63,022 nucleotides of DNA, filler included, from Octopus bimaculoides (GCF_001194135.2; 4 parts of 4 records of this genome joined end to end with filler, not necessarily neighbours in it); one strand, 5' to 3'; positions 1 through 12,478 are shown, counted from the first letter of the whole stretch. A program made the numbers and translations. Notes: generated by a model not told the origin, from the letters alone.

Positions 1-37
<37 letters not shown>

Positions 38-109
38 TACACATCCATATATATATACATACATATATATGCATACATATATATATAACCCTAACGCTAA
101 CCCTAAACC

Positions 110-497
110 ACATAACCAGCCCACTCAAAGTGCTTGAGGAGAACTATTGAGTCAAGTACATCAAAATCAAAATCAAATGGAAATTGTAGTTGTGATCCCC
201 ATGCCGAACGTGGCTGATGCCAGCGCCGCCTTGACTGGCTTCCATGTTGAGTGCATATAAAAAGCACCATCCGATTGTGGTCATTACCAGCCCTCTCCAA
301 CCCCTGTGCCGGTGGCACATAAATGAGAAAAGCATCCCTGCACTCTTGGAGTGGTTGGCATTAGGAAGGGCATCCAGCTCTAGAAACACTGCCAGATCAG
401 ACTGGAGCCTGGTGCAGCCTCCTGGCTTCCCAGACCCCAGTTGAACTGTTCAACCCATACCAGCATGGAAAGCAGACGTTAAACAATGATGATGATG
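110..497 (+). mobile_element. 3' end of an RTE-clade LINE or a non-autonomous derivative, with (GAT)n tail
   Basis: Contains GTGGTTGGCATTAGGAAGGGCATCCAGC...CAGCATGGAAAGCAGACGTTAAACAATGATGATG, the same terminus found downstream of the RTE coding remnants at 16-21 kb. Confidence 0.8.
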
Positions 498-818
498 TGT
501 ATGTGTATATATATATATATATGTGTGTGTGTNNNNNNNNNNNNNNNNNNNNNNNNNNNNNNNNNNNNNNNNNNNNNNNNNNNNNNNNNNNNNNNNNNNN
601 NNNNNNNNNNNNNNNNNNNNNNNNNNNNNNNNNNNNNNNNNNNNNNNNNNNNNNNNNNNNNNNNNNNNNNNNNNNNNNNNNNNNNNNNNNNNNNNNNNNN
701 NNNNNNNNNNNNNNNNNNNNNNNNNNNNNNNNNNNNNNNNNATATAGTAGTAATTAAGCATGGAACACAGATGTTAAAATGACGATGACGATATATGTAT
801 GCATGTATGTATATATAT

Positions 819-873
<55 letters not shown>

Positions 874-1239
874 ATTGCTGCTACAAATGAAGGGCAGGCC
901 ATGTAGTCCACATGTGAGTCTGCCAGAGATAATTACTGAAGAAGAACTGTCAATGTTGACCTACAACAGACAGTCAACAGCGATATTATAATTATTATGG
1001 TCATTACAGTCATTATATTCTTTATTTGTCTCTGATTTATCCAGGGTTGATAAAATTCTACAATTACTATTTTAAGGTTGATTCAGTTGAGAATCTTTCT
1101 TTCCTAGTATGATTGTCAAAGATGAATTATATCTAGCAGAAAAAAAAGCTCCAGCCTTCGCTATCATAATCGCTACGCAGAATATAGAACAGTGTATTAT
1201 ATGCAGCATCATATTACATGTACTACTCTCTCTCTCTCT

Positions 1240-1423
1240 CTTTTTACTCTTTTACTTGTTTCAGTCATTTGAGTGTGGCCATGCTGGAGCACCGCCTTTA
1301 GTCGAGCAAATCGACCACAGGACTTATTTTTTTGTAAGCCTGGTACTTATTCTATCAGTTCCTTTTGTCGAACCACCGCTAAGTTACAGGGACGTAAATA
1401 CACCAGCATCGGTTGTCAAGCGG
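1240..1423 (-). mobile_element. SINE family 1, 3' half
   Basis: TTTCAGTCATTTGA.TG.GGCCATGCTGGAGCACCGCCTTTAGTCG...TAAGTTAC.GGGACGTAAA, recurring more than 12 times in the window. Confidence 0.85.
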
Positions 1424-1429
1424 TGCAGT

Positions 1430-1596
1430 TGATTAGATCGACACTAGTACGCAACCGGTACTTAATTTATCGACCCTGAAAGTATGAAAGGCAAAGTCGA
1501 CCTCGGCAGAATTTGAACTCAGAACCTAAAGACAGACAAAATACTGCAAAGCATTTCACCCAGCCTGCTTACATTTCTGCTAGCTCACCACCTTCC
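1430..1596 (-). mobile_element. SINE family 3 (short, tRNA-like head)
   Basis: Reverse strand reads GGTGGTGAGCTAGCAGAA...GTTCTGAGTTCAAATTCTGCCGAGGTCGACTTTGCCTTTCAT; A/B-box-like motifs; many copies in the window. Confidence 0.75.
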
Positions 1597-3746
1597 TACG
1601 TATAGTATATTACATATACTACATATATTACTGTATTACTAAATTAGTATAATGGCTATGGTGGTGATGACATTGATGATGATGATGATGATGATGATGA
1701 TGACTTTAATCATAATGTTAGGTGTTGGTTGTTTAGCTAAATTTAATTTATATTACTTTTCTGTGTGTGTGAGAGAGGAGAGAGGGAAAGAGAGGCACAG
1801 AGAGAGATAGAGGCAGGGAGAGATTTTTATGTGTTTAGGTGGATTTGTTGTTGTTTAACTCTGAGTAAACTTTGACCAAGTACACCTATAATTAAAATGT
1901 TCTCCAGGCCACATATGACCATCCCAACTCCTGTATTCCTGCATGGTGTATGTAGGACTAGTTACTTAACTTCCACATACACCAGTAACACAGTTGAAAA
2001 AAGGCATGGATGTTACAACACATAAATCTATATTTAAAGTATAGATTCCTTTGCTGTCCATTGGATGGTTACCTCTAGCTCAGAGTCGTGCTTTGTCAAC
2101 AGAAAATTGCAAATTCAAATTTTCGGAAAAAGAAAAAAAAAAAATTAAAGGGGAAAAAGGGAGGAAAAAAGAAGGAAAAAAGAAGAAATTCTGAAAATGA
2201 AATGAACCAGAAGTAATTCTTTTCCCCCCTCTGCTACCTTGACCAAAATTTCTGTGTCATAAGTCTGCCAATTAGCTATTTATCATATTGCACTCAAATA
2301 TTAACAAAGTCTTTCGTAGTTCCACCTACTGCGTTAGCACACTCACCGTTTATTTTGACTCTATTTCCTTGCCATTATTGATTTCTACTAGAAGCTTCTA
2401 TTGCAGCAATGCAGCAGTAGCAGGAGTTGTAATAACCCCAGCAGTTCTTGTACTATTCCTGCCTCTACATAGTAACAAATGAGTGGTCTAAAAACCTTGA
2501 CGATATAATCAAATTAAATAGCTTTTACAACAGTAAGGAAATGATGGAATGAATTGTGGCCTTTGGCTGGGGATATAAATTAACATTTAAAAGAAATGTA
2601 TAAATTAACAAATAAAAGAAATACAAGAATCATCCTAATAATAAATACTGTTAGAAATAGAATACAGTGCATTACAAAATGAATATATACTTCATTCTAT
2701 TATATACACTACATGTAGGATATGCTGTATTATAACTATACCACATGTGATACAGTTGATGATGGCGGTTTGCTTGATTAGATTTACTTTATATTACTCT
2801 CCCCTCTCTCCTTCTCCCTCTCTCTCTCTCTTTCTGTTTGTCTTTCTCTCTCTGTGATATTTACATGTATTCGTATAGGTTCATGGTTGTTTAGCCCTGA
2901 GACCTATAATTAAATGTCTTCAAGCCTGTCATGACCATCCAAACATCATGTATATTCATGTTTGCATACTTAGGACTACATCATCCAATGAGTTCTTCCA
3001 TTTTCAAGAAGGCAATTCAGCAGCTATTTCTAACAAGTTGAGTGACCATGTAGAGGCCTCCTCATTAGCTTGTTACATGTGCAATAATTGCATTTTCTTG
3101 TCTTTTTATCACCATATATATTTCTGGAACTTTTAGGATGTTTGAATAACCTCAAGTGTTAGACTCAAGATGCATATTTTGTCCCTCAACCAGATCCTGG
3201 TCCTAAACAAGGATGTGGGGTTCATATCCCACCTCTGACAGATATAAATATTTCTTATATTTATGGCTGTGTGGTGACAGTCAATCTTCTAATCAAATCA
3301 AGGCAGCTTATATTGCCACTTGTTTATCGATTGCTTTGGCAACATGAAGGGTATCTGGCTGTAGAAAATTTACCTCAACAGATTCTGTGCAACTCATGCA
3401 AGCATGGTAAAATGGATGTCATGATTACTGATATCTCTTGACAGAAGTGTCACCATTTTTCTAACAACAACTGATGGAATTTGAAATCAGAATGTTTAGC
3501 ATCAGAAGAGATACCACAAGATATCCCGTCCTTTTCCCAAATAATTCTTCTGATCCACCATCTCAAACTAATACAAAGCTTATCAGTGCCAGAGGGATGA
3601 AAGACAAATTTGACTTTGTGCAGAGTTTGAACACAAAGAGCAGTGAATCAGAATGAAAACCAAAAGCATTTCTATCCAGCACTGTTATGAGCCTGCCTAT
3701 ACATCACATCTTATTTATAGGAATTACTGTTTTATATATGCCACAT

Positions 3747-3932
3747 AAGAAGCTGAATGGACATGATGCTGAACAGACAAGATGCCGAAGAGACATACGA
3801 AAATTAAAACATGATAATCATTTTATTCTTACAGTATGACCATTTGGCTTTATGTCCGATTGGCATTGTGTCCGTTCAGATTCTTGGCTTCAGCATCTTG
3901 TCCTTCAGCTAAAGTGCATTCAGCATCCTGTC
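3747..3932. mobile_element. Small foldback/MITE-like element with inverted arrays of a 16-bp subunit
   Basis: Three copies of AWGATGCTGAAYRGAC (3747-3794) face about five reverse-complement copies GTCYRTTCAGCATCWT (3854-3932). Confidence 0.55.
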
Positions 3933-3954
3933 TGTGCACATATATTCTAGAGGA

Positions 3955-3962
3955 GTCGCTGT

Positions 3963-4004
<42 letters not shown>

Positions 4005-4137
4005 ATACACTGTTGTGTATATGCCGTATATATCAGGAGGAATCACCTTGTGTATATGTCATGTATATTTATAATAATCACTGTTGTGTATATGTTATAT
4101 GTATTTATAATAACCACTGTAGTGTATGTGTCATATA
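3955..4137. repeat. Degenerate ~36-bp AT-rich minisatellite running into a gap
   Basis: Recurring CACTGTTGTGTATATG...TATTTATAATAA units. Confidence 0.65.
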
Positions 4138-4899
4138 NNNNNNNNNNNNNNNNNNNNNNNNNNNNNNNNNNNNNNNNNNNNNNNNNNNNNNNNNNNNNNN
4201 NNNNNNNNNNNNNNNNNNNNNNNNNNNNNNNNNNNNNNNNNNNNNNNNNNNNNNNNNNNNNNNNNNNNNNNNNNNNNNNNNNNNNNNNNNNNNNNNNNNN
4301 NNNNNNNNNNNNNNNNNNNNNNNNNNNNNNNNNNNNNNNNNNNNNNNNNNNNNNNNNNNNNNNNNNNNNNNNNNNNNNNNNNNNNNNNNNNNNNNNNNNN
4401 NNNNNNNNNNNNNNNNNNNNNNNNNNNNNNNNNNNNNNNNNNNNNNNNNNNNNNNNNNNNNNNNNNNNNNNNNNNNNNNNNNNNNNNNNNNNNNNNNNNN
4501 NNNNNNNNNNNNNNNNNNNNNNNNNNNNNNNNNNNNNNNNNNNNNNNNNNNNNNNNNNNNNNNNNNNNNNNNNNNNNNNNNNNNNNNNNNNNNNNNNNNN
4601 NNNNNNNNNNNNNNNNNNNNNNNNNNNNNNNNNNNNNNNNNNNNNNNNNNNNNNNNNNNNNNNNNNNNNNNNNNNNNNNNNNNNNNNNNNNNNNNNNNNN
4701 NNNNNNNNNNNNNNNNNNNNNNNNNNNNNNNNNNNNNNNNNNNNNNNNNNNNNNNNNNNNNNNNNNNNNNNNNNNNNNNNNNNNNNNNNNNNNNNNNNNN
4801 NNNNNNNNNNNNNNNNNNNNNNNNNNNNNNNNNNNNNNNNNNNNNNNNNNNNNNNNNNNNNNNNNNNNNNNNTATATATATATATATACCATAATAGAT

Positions 4900-5090
4900 C
4901 ACTAGCCACTACACCTTCATTTTCTCTCCTCGTTTCTTTCTGTGTTCCTTTCTGTGGAAGAATGTAGGCTTGAAGCATTAAGGACTTTTTCACTTCCCAA
5001 GCATTGAACTAATACATCTGTTTGTTGTCTATCTACACCACCTGTCTTCGTATTTTGTTTTTTTTTGTGTGAATTCTACCTATATATATA
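4900..5090 (+). mobile_element. Penelope-like pLTR fragment with a decayed hammerhead-like motif
   Basis: CCTTTCTGTGGAAGAATGTAGGCTTGAAGCATTAAGGA is a largely CpG-decayed version of the motif at 51839-51876. The PLE assignment is from family recall. Confidence 0.5.
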
Positions 5091-5144
5091 CACTTACATA
5101 CATATGTATACGTGTGTGTATACATACATACATACATACATACA

Positions 5145-5470
5145 TACATGCTGAGACCCCCTTCAGTCATGAATGACCATAGGATTGCACCTAGAAAGGA
5201 ACTCTCTGAAACACAAGTCCAGGCAAGGTTGTTTAAGGAAGACCAGTAGTTGCCCATGTATACCAGCCTCTCCTCTTCATGCCACTGATGTTATCCAATG
5301 GAAAGGCAAGGGGGCGGATACAGTTTGGCACCTGTGACGTCACAACTCATTTCTACAGCTGAGTGAATTGGAGCAACGTGAAATAAAGTGTCTTGCTCAA
5401 GAACACAGCACGCAGTCCGGTCCAGGATTCAAATTCACAACATCACTCTAACCAGTGAGCCATGTGCCTT
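5145..5470 (-). mobile_element. SINE family 2 copy
   Basis: Contains CAGCTGAGTGAATTGGAGCAACGTGAAATAAAGTGTCTTGCTCAAGAACAC, shared with the 37.3-38.0 kb copies. Confidence 0.7.
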
Positions 5471-5834
5471 CATTATACATACATACATACATACATACAC
5501 ACATATATATATGGCGACATAAAAAAACCCAGCAACAGTTGTCAAGTACAAAGATAAGCACAAATACAAAGATACATGCTCATGGATATATNNNNNNNNN
5601 NNNNNNNNNNNNNNNNNNNNNNNNNNNNNNNNNNNNNNNNNNNNNNNNNNNNNNNNNNNNNNNNNNNNNNNNNNNNNNNNNNNNNNNNNNNNNNNNNNNN
5701 NNNNNNNNNNNNNNNNNNNNNNNNNNNNNNNNNNNNNNNNNNNNNNNNNNNNNNNNNNNNNNNNNNNNNNNNNNNNNNNNNNNNNNNNNNNNNNNNNNNN
5801 NNNNNNNNNNNNNNNNNNNNNNNNNNNNNNNNNN

Positions 5835-5859
<25 letters not shown>

Positions 5860-5865
<6 letters not shown>

Positions 5866-6072
5866 ATGAGTATGTATCTTTGTATTTGACAACTAGTGCT
5901 GGTTTGTTTTACATCCCCATAACTTAGTGAAGCAGTAAAAGAGACCAATAGAATAAATAGCAGACTATGAAGATGACAAGTTCTTGGATTGATTCGTTCA
6001 ACTAAAAGTTTCTTCAAGGCGATACCACAGCATGGTTGCATACCAATAACTGAAAACAAGTAAATGATAAAA
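5860..6072 (+). mobile_element. SINE family 1, decayed 3' half
   Basis: TTGACAACTAGTGCTGGTTTGTTTTACATCCCCATAACTTAG...CAGCATGGTTGC...GAAAACAAGTAAA. Confidence 0.7.
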
Positions 6073-6214
6073 ATATATAAGAAACCAAGAAATTTTAATT
6101 AAAATTTTCAACAGTGGTAAGTAGAAAAAACCATTAGTTTAATGATCAGTTTTGGTAAAGACTAAATTGAGGAACCCTATTAAACTCAATGATAGAGTTA
6201 TTTCCATCTTCATC

Positions 6215-6400
6215 CAACATTGGTATTTTTTTACATCTGCTTTTCCATGCTTGCATGGATCAAACAGAATTTATTGAAACATATTTTCTGCAGCCAGGAG
6301 CTCTTCCTGTTGCCAACTCTTATCTGTTTCCAAACAAGGTAACATTTTCCCCCCTGGCCCGACATGTTCTCACAGAATACTGGCAATGAAGGACAATCAT
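6215..6400 (-). mobile_element. Decayed RTE-3'-end-related repeat
   Basis: TTTTCCATGCTTGCATGG...GCTCTTCCTGTTGCCAAC resembles the reverse complement of the shared LINE terminus. Confidence 0.5.
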
Positions 6401-6694
6401 TTACTACAATCATGCTATATCAAGACAAGGAGGCACAAACATACACACACTCACTCTCACACATGCAACACGTGTATGTGTGTGTGTGTGTGTGTGCGTG
6501 TGTGTGTGCATGTGTACGTGTGTAAGAAATTAAAACGGTAAAAAGAAAAAGAAATTTATGTTATGAACTCCATTAGCTCACAGCTGTTTCTGCTATAATA
6601 CACAATGCACTGAGAACTGCATGCTTGTGTATACTGAGTCATAAATCCAGGATATTAGTATCACTGTGCCTAAGCAAAACAATAAAACATATGC

Positions 6695-6726
<32 letters not shown>

Positions 6727-6743
6727 ATGTAGGTATATATATG

Positions 6744-6786
<43 letters not shown>

Positions 6787-6870
6787 TGTGTGTGTGTATA
6801 TGTGCATATATGTGTAAATATGTATATATGTGTGTGTGTATATATATGTATATATGTGTATACATATGTA

Positions 6871-6923
<53 letters not shown>

Positions 6924-7861
6924 NNNNNNNNNNNNNNNNNNNNNNNNNNNNNNNNNNNNNNNNNNNNNNNNNNNNNNNNNNNNNNNNNNNNNNNNNNNNN
7001 NNNNNNNNNNNNNNNNNNNNNNNNNNNNNNNNNNNNNNNNNNNNNNNNNNNNNNNNNNNNNNNNNNNNNNNNNNNNNNNNNNNNNNNNNNNNNNNNNNNN
7101 NNNNNNAAAAAAAAAAAAAAAACGGAGAAAAAATAAAATAAAAAACAGGAAGAGCAAAAAATTCTTTTTTTTTGTTTTTGCAGAGTTTTTGCAGACACCA
7201 CTTGCCCCAAATGGCATGCTGTGTGACTGATTCTGAAACCATGCAGTTGGGAAATAAACTTTTTAATTACACAGCCACACCTGAAACCTCGTCTACCATG
7301 GCATTTCCTACATTTTATTTTCAACCAAAATTTAAAATTAACCTCCTCTCCCCTGGTTTTCTGTGCTAGATTTAATCATTAAGGCTAATGATTCTTTCTT
7401 GTTAACAAGGTGTAATTTTCAGTAATTAAATTTTTTATGTTAGTTACATTAAGCATGAAAACAGCAACTGTACTACTATAAATAAAAAATTACTGAACAG
7501 GTAATTGTCATGTGATTTGTTTAAATAAATGGTAAAGCATGTTGTTGAGCTATTATATTTAATAGCATAAATAATTAGATAAATGATGTACCATTGGAAA
7601 ATGATAATGACAATGACAATGATGGTGATGATGATAATGATGATGGTGTCATGATAATGGTGATGATGAGTTGCCGAAGTTGATAAATAGTGACAGTAAG
7701 TTTTAATGGAATGGTGGATGGCAATCATAGGTTTAGGTTGAGCAACATAGATAATGAACTTAAGACAATGAGCAACAGAAATGATGATCCAGAGTGGAAA
7801 AATACTTACGAGCTTGAATTGAATAACAATAACAATAATCTTGTGTTGGCAACAGTGATTT

Positions 7862-8115
7862 CAAATTTATCAAGTGCAACAATGGGCTCAAGTAGATCAA
7901 ATGCAACAATGAGCTCGAGTTGATCAAGTGCAACAATGAGCTTAAATTGATCAAGTGCAACAATGAGCTTAAATTGATCAAGTGCAACAATGAGCTTANN
8001 NNNNNNNNTTAAATTGATCAAGTGCAACAATGAGCTTAAATTGATCAAGTGCAACAATGAGCTTAAATTGATCAAGTGCAACAATGAACTTAAGGTGATC
8101 AAGTGCAACAATCAG
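7862..8115. repeat. 27-bp minisatellite (TTGATCAAGTGCAACAATGAGCTTAAA)n
   Basis: About nine units, near-perfect in the centre and diverged at the edges; a 10-N gap lies inside. It explains the LIKCNNELK ORFs. Confidence 0.92.
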
Positions 8116-9015
8116 CTTCACTTGTACAGTGATAATAACAGGCTTGAGTTAACTACAGATTGTGTGTATGTTGGACACCCAAATGCAGGACCTTCCCTAA
8201 ATCATTATATTAGATTCTCTATTTCTTAGCAATGCTGAGTGAAAGAACTCTTGTTGACAAATTGCTTGGTCATGTGACTTTATCTCATGAGTCACCAAAT
8301 ACTAAGGCTTGTTGAATCACTGATAATGCATCAAAAAGAGCAATTAAATAGCAAATTAATGAGAAGGCTTCCGAAGGAAAAGCTGGACTACAAAATATGA
8401 CAGCCAAATATTCTTCAAATCATACTATTTTGAAAAAAGGAAGAAGACACATTGGATAAACTACCTGAAATAAAGATAGAATGGGATGAGATGGCCATAG
8501 TTGGAATGCTTTTTTAATAATAGATTTCCTTATTCAGAGATAATCTCGCACTAATAAACAACAGCAATGTTTGTAGATCACACTTTTTTATAATTTAAAT
8601 TTTGGTGGATATCTTTCAAAGAAAACAGCAAAACTTCCATAACAGTTAAGTGAGAGCACATTTAACAGTTACTTGCAGCTTTTATAATAGGTAGATGCCC
8701 TACACTAGGGGTTCTCAACCATCCTTTGTCTATGGACCCCTTTTATTATTATTTTATTCTGGTGGACCCCCATAGCCATTCAATGTTTAAAAACTAGTTT
8801 TATAGAAGCTTCGAAATTCCTATTTTGCTTTTTCACACATTAACTTGCTACAATACTAATTCTACCATTGAACATTTATCATTAGACATTCACCTCCAAA
8901 ACATTGGTACCATACCATTTCTACCATTCATTCATCATTCTGTTGCTGTACCAATTTTGCCATCCATCGTCATTGAACAACCACTGTTATGTTATGTTGG
9001 CACTCCATCACTTAC

Positions 9016-9376
9016 AACGTTGAGGGTTCCAGTTGATCCGATCAACGGAACAGCCTGCTCATGAAATTAACTTGCAAGTGGCTGAGCACTCCACAGACAC
9101 GTGTACCCTTAACGTAGTTCTCGGGGATATTCAGCGTGACACAGTGTGACAAGGCCGACCCTTTTATTTACAGGCACAACAGAAACAGGAAGTAAGAGTG
9201 AGAGAAAGTTGTGGTGAAAGAGTACAGCAGGGTTCGCCACCATCCCCTGCTGGAGCCTCGTGGAGCTTCAGGTGTTTTCGCTCAATAAACACTCACAACA
9301 CCCAGTCTGGGAATCGAAACTGCGATCCTATGACTGCAAGTCCGCTTCCCTAACCACTGGGCCATTGCGCCTCCAC
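9016..9376 (-). mobile_element. SINE family 2, near full length, tRNA-derived head
   Basis: Reverse strand begins GTGGAGGCGCAATGGCCCAGTGGTTAGG (A box)...GTTTCGATTCCC (B box); the head is shared with the 49720-50277 copy. Confidence 0.85.
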
Positions 9377-9544
9377 GGACCAACCACTACAACTCAAATA
9401 TTGGTACTATGCTGATTCTACCATTCCTTGCCATTGACAGTCACTACCTAAATATTGGAACCATCCCAATTCTTCCATCTGCCATCGATGGTCATCCACT
9501 GACCAAGTAGTAATACTTTCTAATTTTGGTACCAGGTCAGCAAT

Positions 9545-9727
9545 TTTGAGGGGAAAGTATGTGAATTACATTGACCCTTATTACTCAACTGGTACTTATT
9601 TTATTGACCCCCAAAAAGATGAAAGGCGAAGACAACATTGGTGGGATTTGAACTCAGAACATAAAGAACCAGAAGACATGCTGTTAAGCATATTGTCTGA
9701 CATTGTAGCAATTCTTCCAGCTCACCA
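9545..9727 (-). mobile_element. SINE family 3 copy
   Basis: GACCCCCAAAAAGATGAAAGGCGAA...GATTTGAACTCAGAAC...CCAGCTCACCAC, homologous to 1430-1596. Confidence 0.7.
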
Positions 9728-10968
9728 CTGGCCAAATAATAATGATGATTATAAATATGGGTACAAGTCTTCAAACTGAAGACAGATGAGACTCTATAGG
9801 TTCAACTCTGTAAAATGTTAGAGAAAGAAGCCTAGATGTTTCTTGCAATACATACCAATACATACATCTAAAGCAGGGTTCTCAGTCATTTTTCATCTTT
9901 GGACTCCTTTCATCACTATTTTATTCTGGTAGACCCCATAGCCAATGAATGTTTAAAAACTAGTTTTACACAAACTTCTTTCAAAATTCCTATTAAGTTG
10001 TTTAGGTTGAACTCTGTAAAATGTTAGAGAAAGAAACCTGGCTGTTTCTTGCAATACATACCAATATTTATATCTAAAGCAGGGGTTCTCAACCATTTTT
10101 TTTATCAATGGACCCCTTTGATTACTATTTTATTCTGGTGGACCTCCATAGCCATTCAATGTTTAAAAACTAGTTTTACACAAACTTCTTTCAAAATTCC
10201 TATTTTGTTTTTCACACATTAACTTGTGTAGGTTGAACTATGTAAAATGTTAGAGAAAGAAACCTACCTGTTTCATACCAATACATACATCTAAAGTAGG
10301 GGGTTCTCAAACATTTTTTTATCTATAGACTCCTTTGATTACCATTTTATTGTGGTGTATCTCCATAGCCAATCGATATTTAAAAACTTTTATAGAAACT
10401 TCTTTCAAAATTCCCATTTTGTTTTCCACACATTAACTTTTGTAGGTTGAATTATGTAAAATGTTACAGAAAGAAACCAGGTTGTTTCTTGCAATACATA
10501 CCAATACTTACATCTAAAGCAAAGGGGCCCTTAAAATATTATTGTGGATCCCCAATTGACCATTTTTGTTTTGAGGACCCCAAAAATCCTATATGGACCC
10601 TGAGGGTCCATATGGACCTTGGTTGAGAACCACCGCTCTACATCCTATGGCTGGCTCAGTAACACTATGACCCTAACATATACTCAAGAAAGCCTCTACT
10701 GTAATCACTTGCCATATCACAATTTACCTATCATGCTCTCGATACATTGGAGAATTTTCTGGTTAATATATATAAATTTATATTGCAAACTCCTCAGTTT
10801 ATTGCGGGCTTCTGCGGCAGACAGATATTTATATTTTTTTAGATTTAAATTATTCCTGTCGTAAAATAAGCATTTTCACACCTAAAAATTAATGATTTAA
10901 TTAATAAAAATAGGGTACAGTACTGTATAACACATTAATTGAAATATATTAAAAGAAAATACATAGTA

Positions 10969-11672
10969 TAAGCGCAGGAGTGGCTGTGTGGTAAGTAGCT
11001 TGCTTGCCGACCACATGGTTCCGGGTTCAGTCCCACTGTGTAGCACCTTGGGCAAATGTCTTCTACTATAGTCTTGGGCCGACCAAAGCCTTGTGAGTGG
11101 ATTTGGTAGACAGAAACTGAAAGAAGCCCGTCATATATATACACGTAAAAGCACCCATGCGGGTGACACGTAAAAGCACCCACTACACTCTCTGAGTGGT
11201 TGGCGTTAGGAAGGGCATCCAGCTGTAGAAACTCTGCCAAATTAGATTGGAGCCTGGTGTAGCCATCCGGTTGCACCAGTCCTCAGTCAAATCGTNNNNN
11301 NNNNNCTGCCAAATTAGATTGGAGCCTGGTGTAGCCATCCGGTTGCACCAGTCCTCAGTCAAATCGTCCAACCCATGCTAGCATGGAAAGCGGACGTTAA
11401 ACGATGATGATGATGATGATGATATATATATATATATGTATATGTTGTGTATATGTTGTGTATCTGTGTTTGTCCCCACCAACATCGCTTGATAACCGAT
11501 GCTGGTGTGTTTACGTCCCTGTAACTTAGTGGTTCGGCAAACAAAACCGATAGAATAAGTACTAGGCTTACAAAGAATAAGACCTGGGGTCGATTTGATT
11601 CAACTAAAGGCAGTGCCCCAGCATGGCCGCAGTCAAATGACTGAAACAAGTAAAAGAGTAAAAGAAAATATG
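10969..11672 (+). mobile_element. Full-length SINE family 1 interrupted by a nested RTE 3'-end element
   Basis: Head AGCGCAGGAGTGGCTGTGTGG...GGTTCAGTCCC; central TA/TG tract; tail CAGCATGGCCGCAGTCAAATGACTGAAACAAGTAAAAGAG. Confidence 0.9.
11141..11423 (+). mobile_element. RTE 3'-end element inserted into the TA tract of the SINE
   Basis: GTAAAAGCACCC...GTGGTTGGCGTTAGGAAGGGCATCCAGCTG...GGACGTTAAACGATGATGATG; 62 bp are duplicated across the 10-N gap. Confidence 0.85.
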
Positions 11673-12029
11673 TAGTGTATTGTAGATGAGAAAACAAAGA
11701 ATCATCCATGCTGTAATGGAAAACAAGACTCGGGAGATGAGTGTTTGGTGTTGTTTTGCATTTATAATAAAATAAATATATACAAATTATAAAAATAATT
11801 AAAAAAAAAAATATGCAGTATAATACTGTTTCTACTTTGCGGATTTTCACCTATCACATTTTGGTGGGGGGCGGAGTGGAATGTAACCCCTGCAATAGTT
11901 GAGGGATTAGTGTATATGGTTACTCAGTCTGCTTTATATATATTAGCCCAATCTCACATAAATTATACCATATCATCTTACATATATGTACATACTTTCC
12001 AGAAGTTTAGTATATGTGCATCTTTTATC

Positions 12030-12478
12030 TTTTATTTTCTAATTATTTCAGTCATTAGATTGTGGCCATGCTGGGGCACCACTTTGAAGCATAATTTTTT
12101 TTTTCGCTTTTGAGTCAAATGTATTGACTCCAGAATTTGTGTTTTTTTAAAGCCTAGTACTTATTCTGCTGGACTCTTTTGCTGAACCACTAAGTTACTG
12201 GAATGTAAACACATCAGCATCAGCTGTCAAGTGGTGGTGGAGGACAAATACACAGTCACAAATGCAAATACACACGTATGCACACACATACACACACACA
12301 TGCATATATATACATATATACGATAGGTTTCTTTCAGTTTCCATCAACCAAATCTGCTCACAAGTCTTTGGTCAATATGAGACTATAGTAGAAGACACTT
12401 GCCCAAGGTCCCATGCAATTGGACTGAACTTGGAACATTGTGTTTGGAAAGCAAGTCTCGTACCACACATCCATGCTT
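12030..12478 (-). mobile_element. SINE family 1, full length, CpG-decayed
   Basis: Colinear reverse-complement match to 10969-11672 without the insertion. Confidence 0.8.

Larger units (their letters stand above)
8706..10635. mobile_element. Non-autonomous hAT (Charlie-like) element with tandemly repeated left-end units and nested insertions
   Basis: Left end TAGGGGTTCTCAACC, right end GGTTGAGAACCACCG. The 8-bp flanks CCCTACAC and CTCTACAT match 6/8. Units of about 210-220 bp start at 8706, 9874, 10080 and 10297. The first unit is split by an insertion of about 945 bp. Confidence 0.7.

Noticed and set aside
87-106. Telomere-like AACCCTAACGCTAACCCTAA
   Set aside because: Only about three imperfect units; not a telomeric array.
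2347-2465. Minus-strand exon candidate with a GTGAGT donor
   Set aside because: Stops in all three frames from the nearest acceptor; non-coding at best, and no support.
7184-7370. Plus-strand acceptor (T-rich GCAG) and following ORF
   Set aside because: No donor and no recognisable protein; the T tract is part of a simple repeat.
7862-8115. CRISPR-like or coding (LIKCNNELK) interpretation of the 27-bp repeat
   Set aside because: No unique spacers, eukaryotic context, no splice or homology support; a plain minisatellite.
9280-9376. tRNA gene (also heads at 37556 and 50277)
   Set aside because: A and B boxes are present but continue into SINE bodies with no complete cloverleaf; these are SINE heads.
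11234-11367. 62-bp direct repeat
   Set aside because: Identical copies abut a 10-N gap; unmerged contig overlap.
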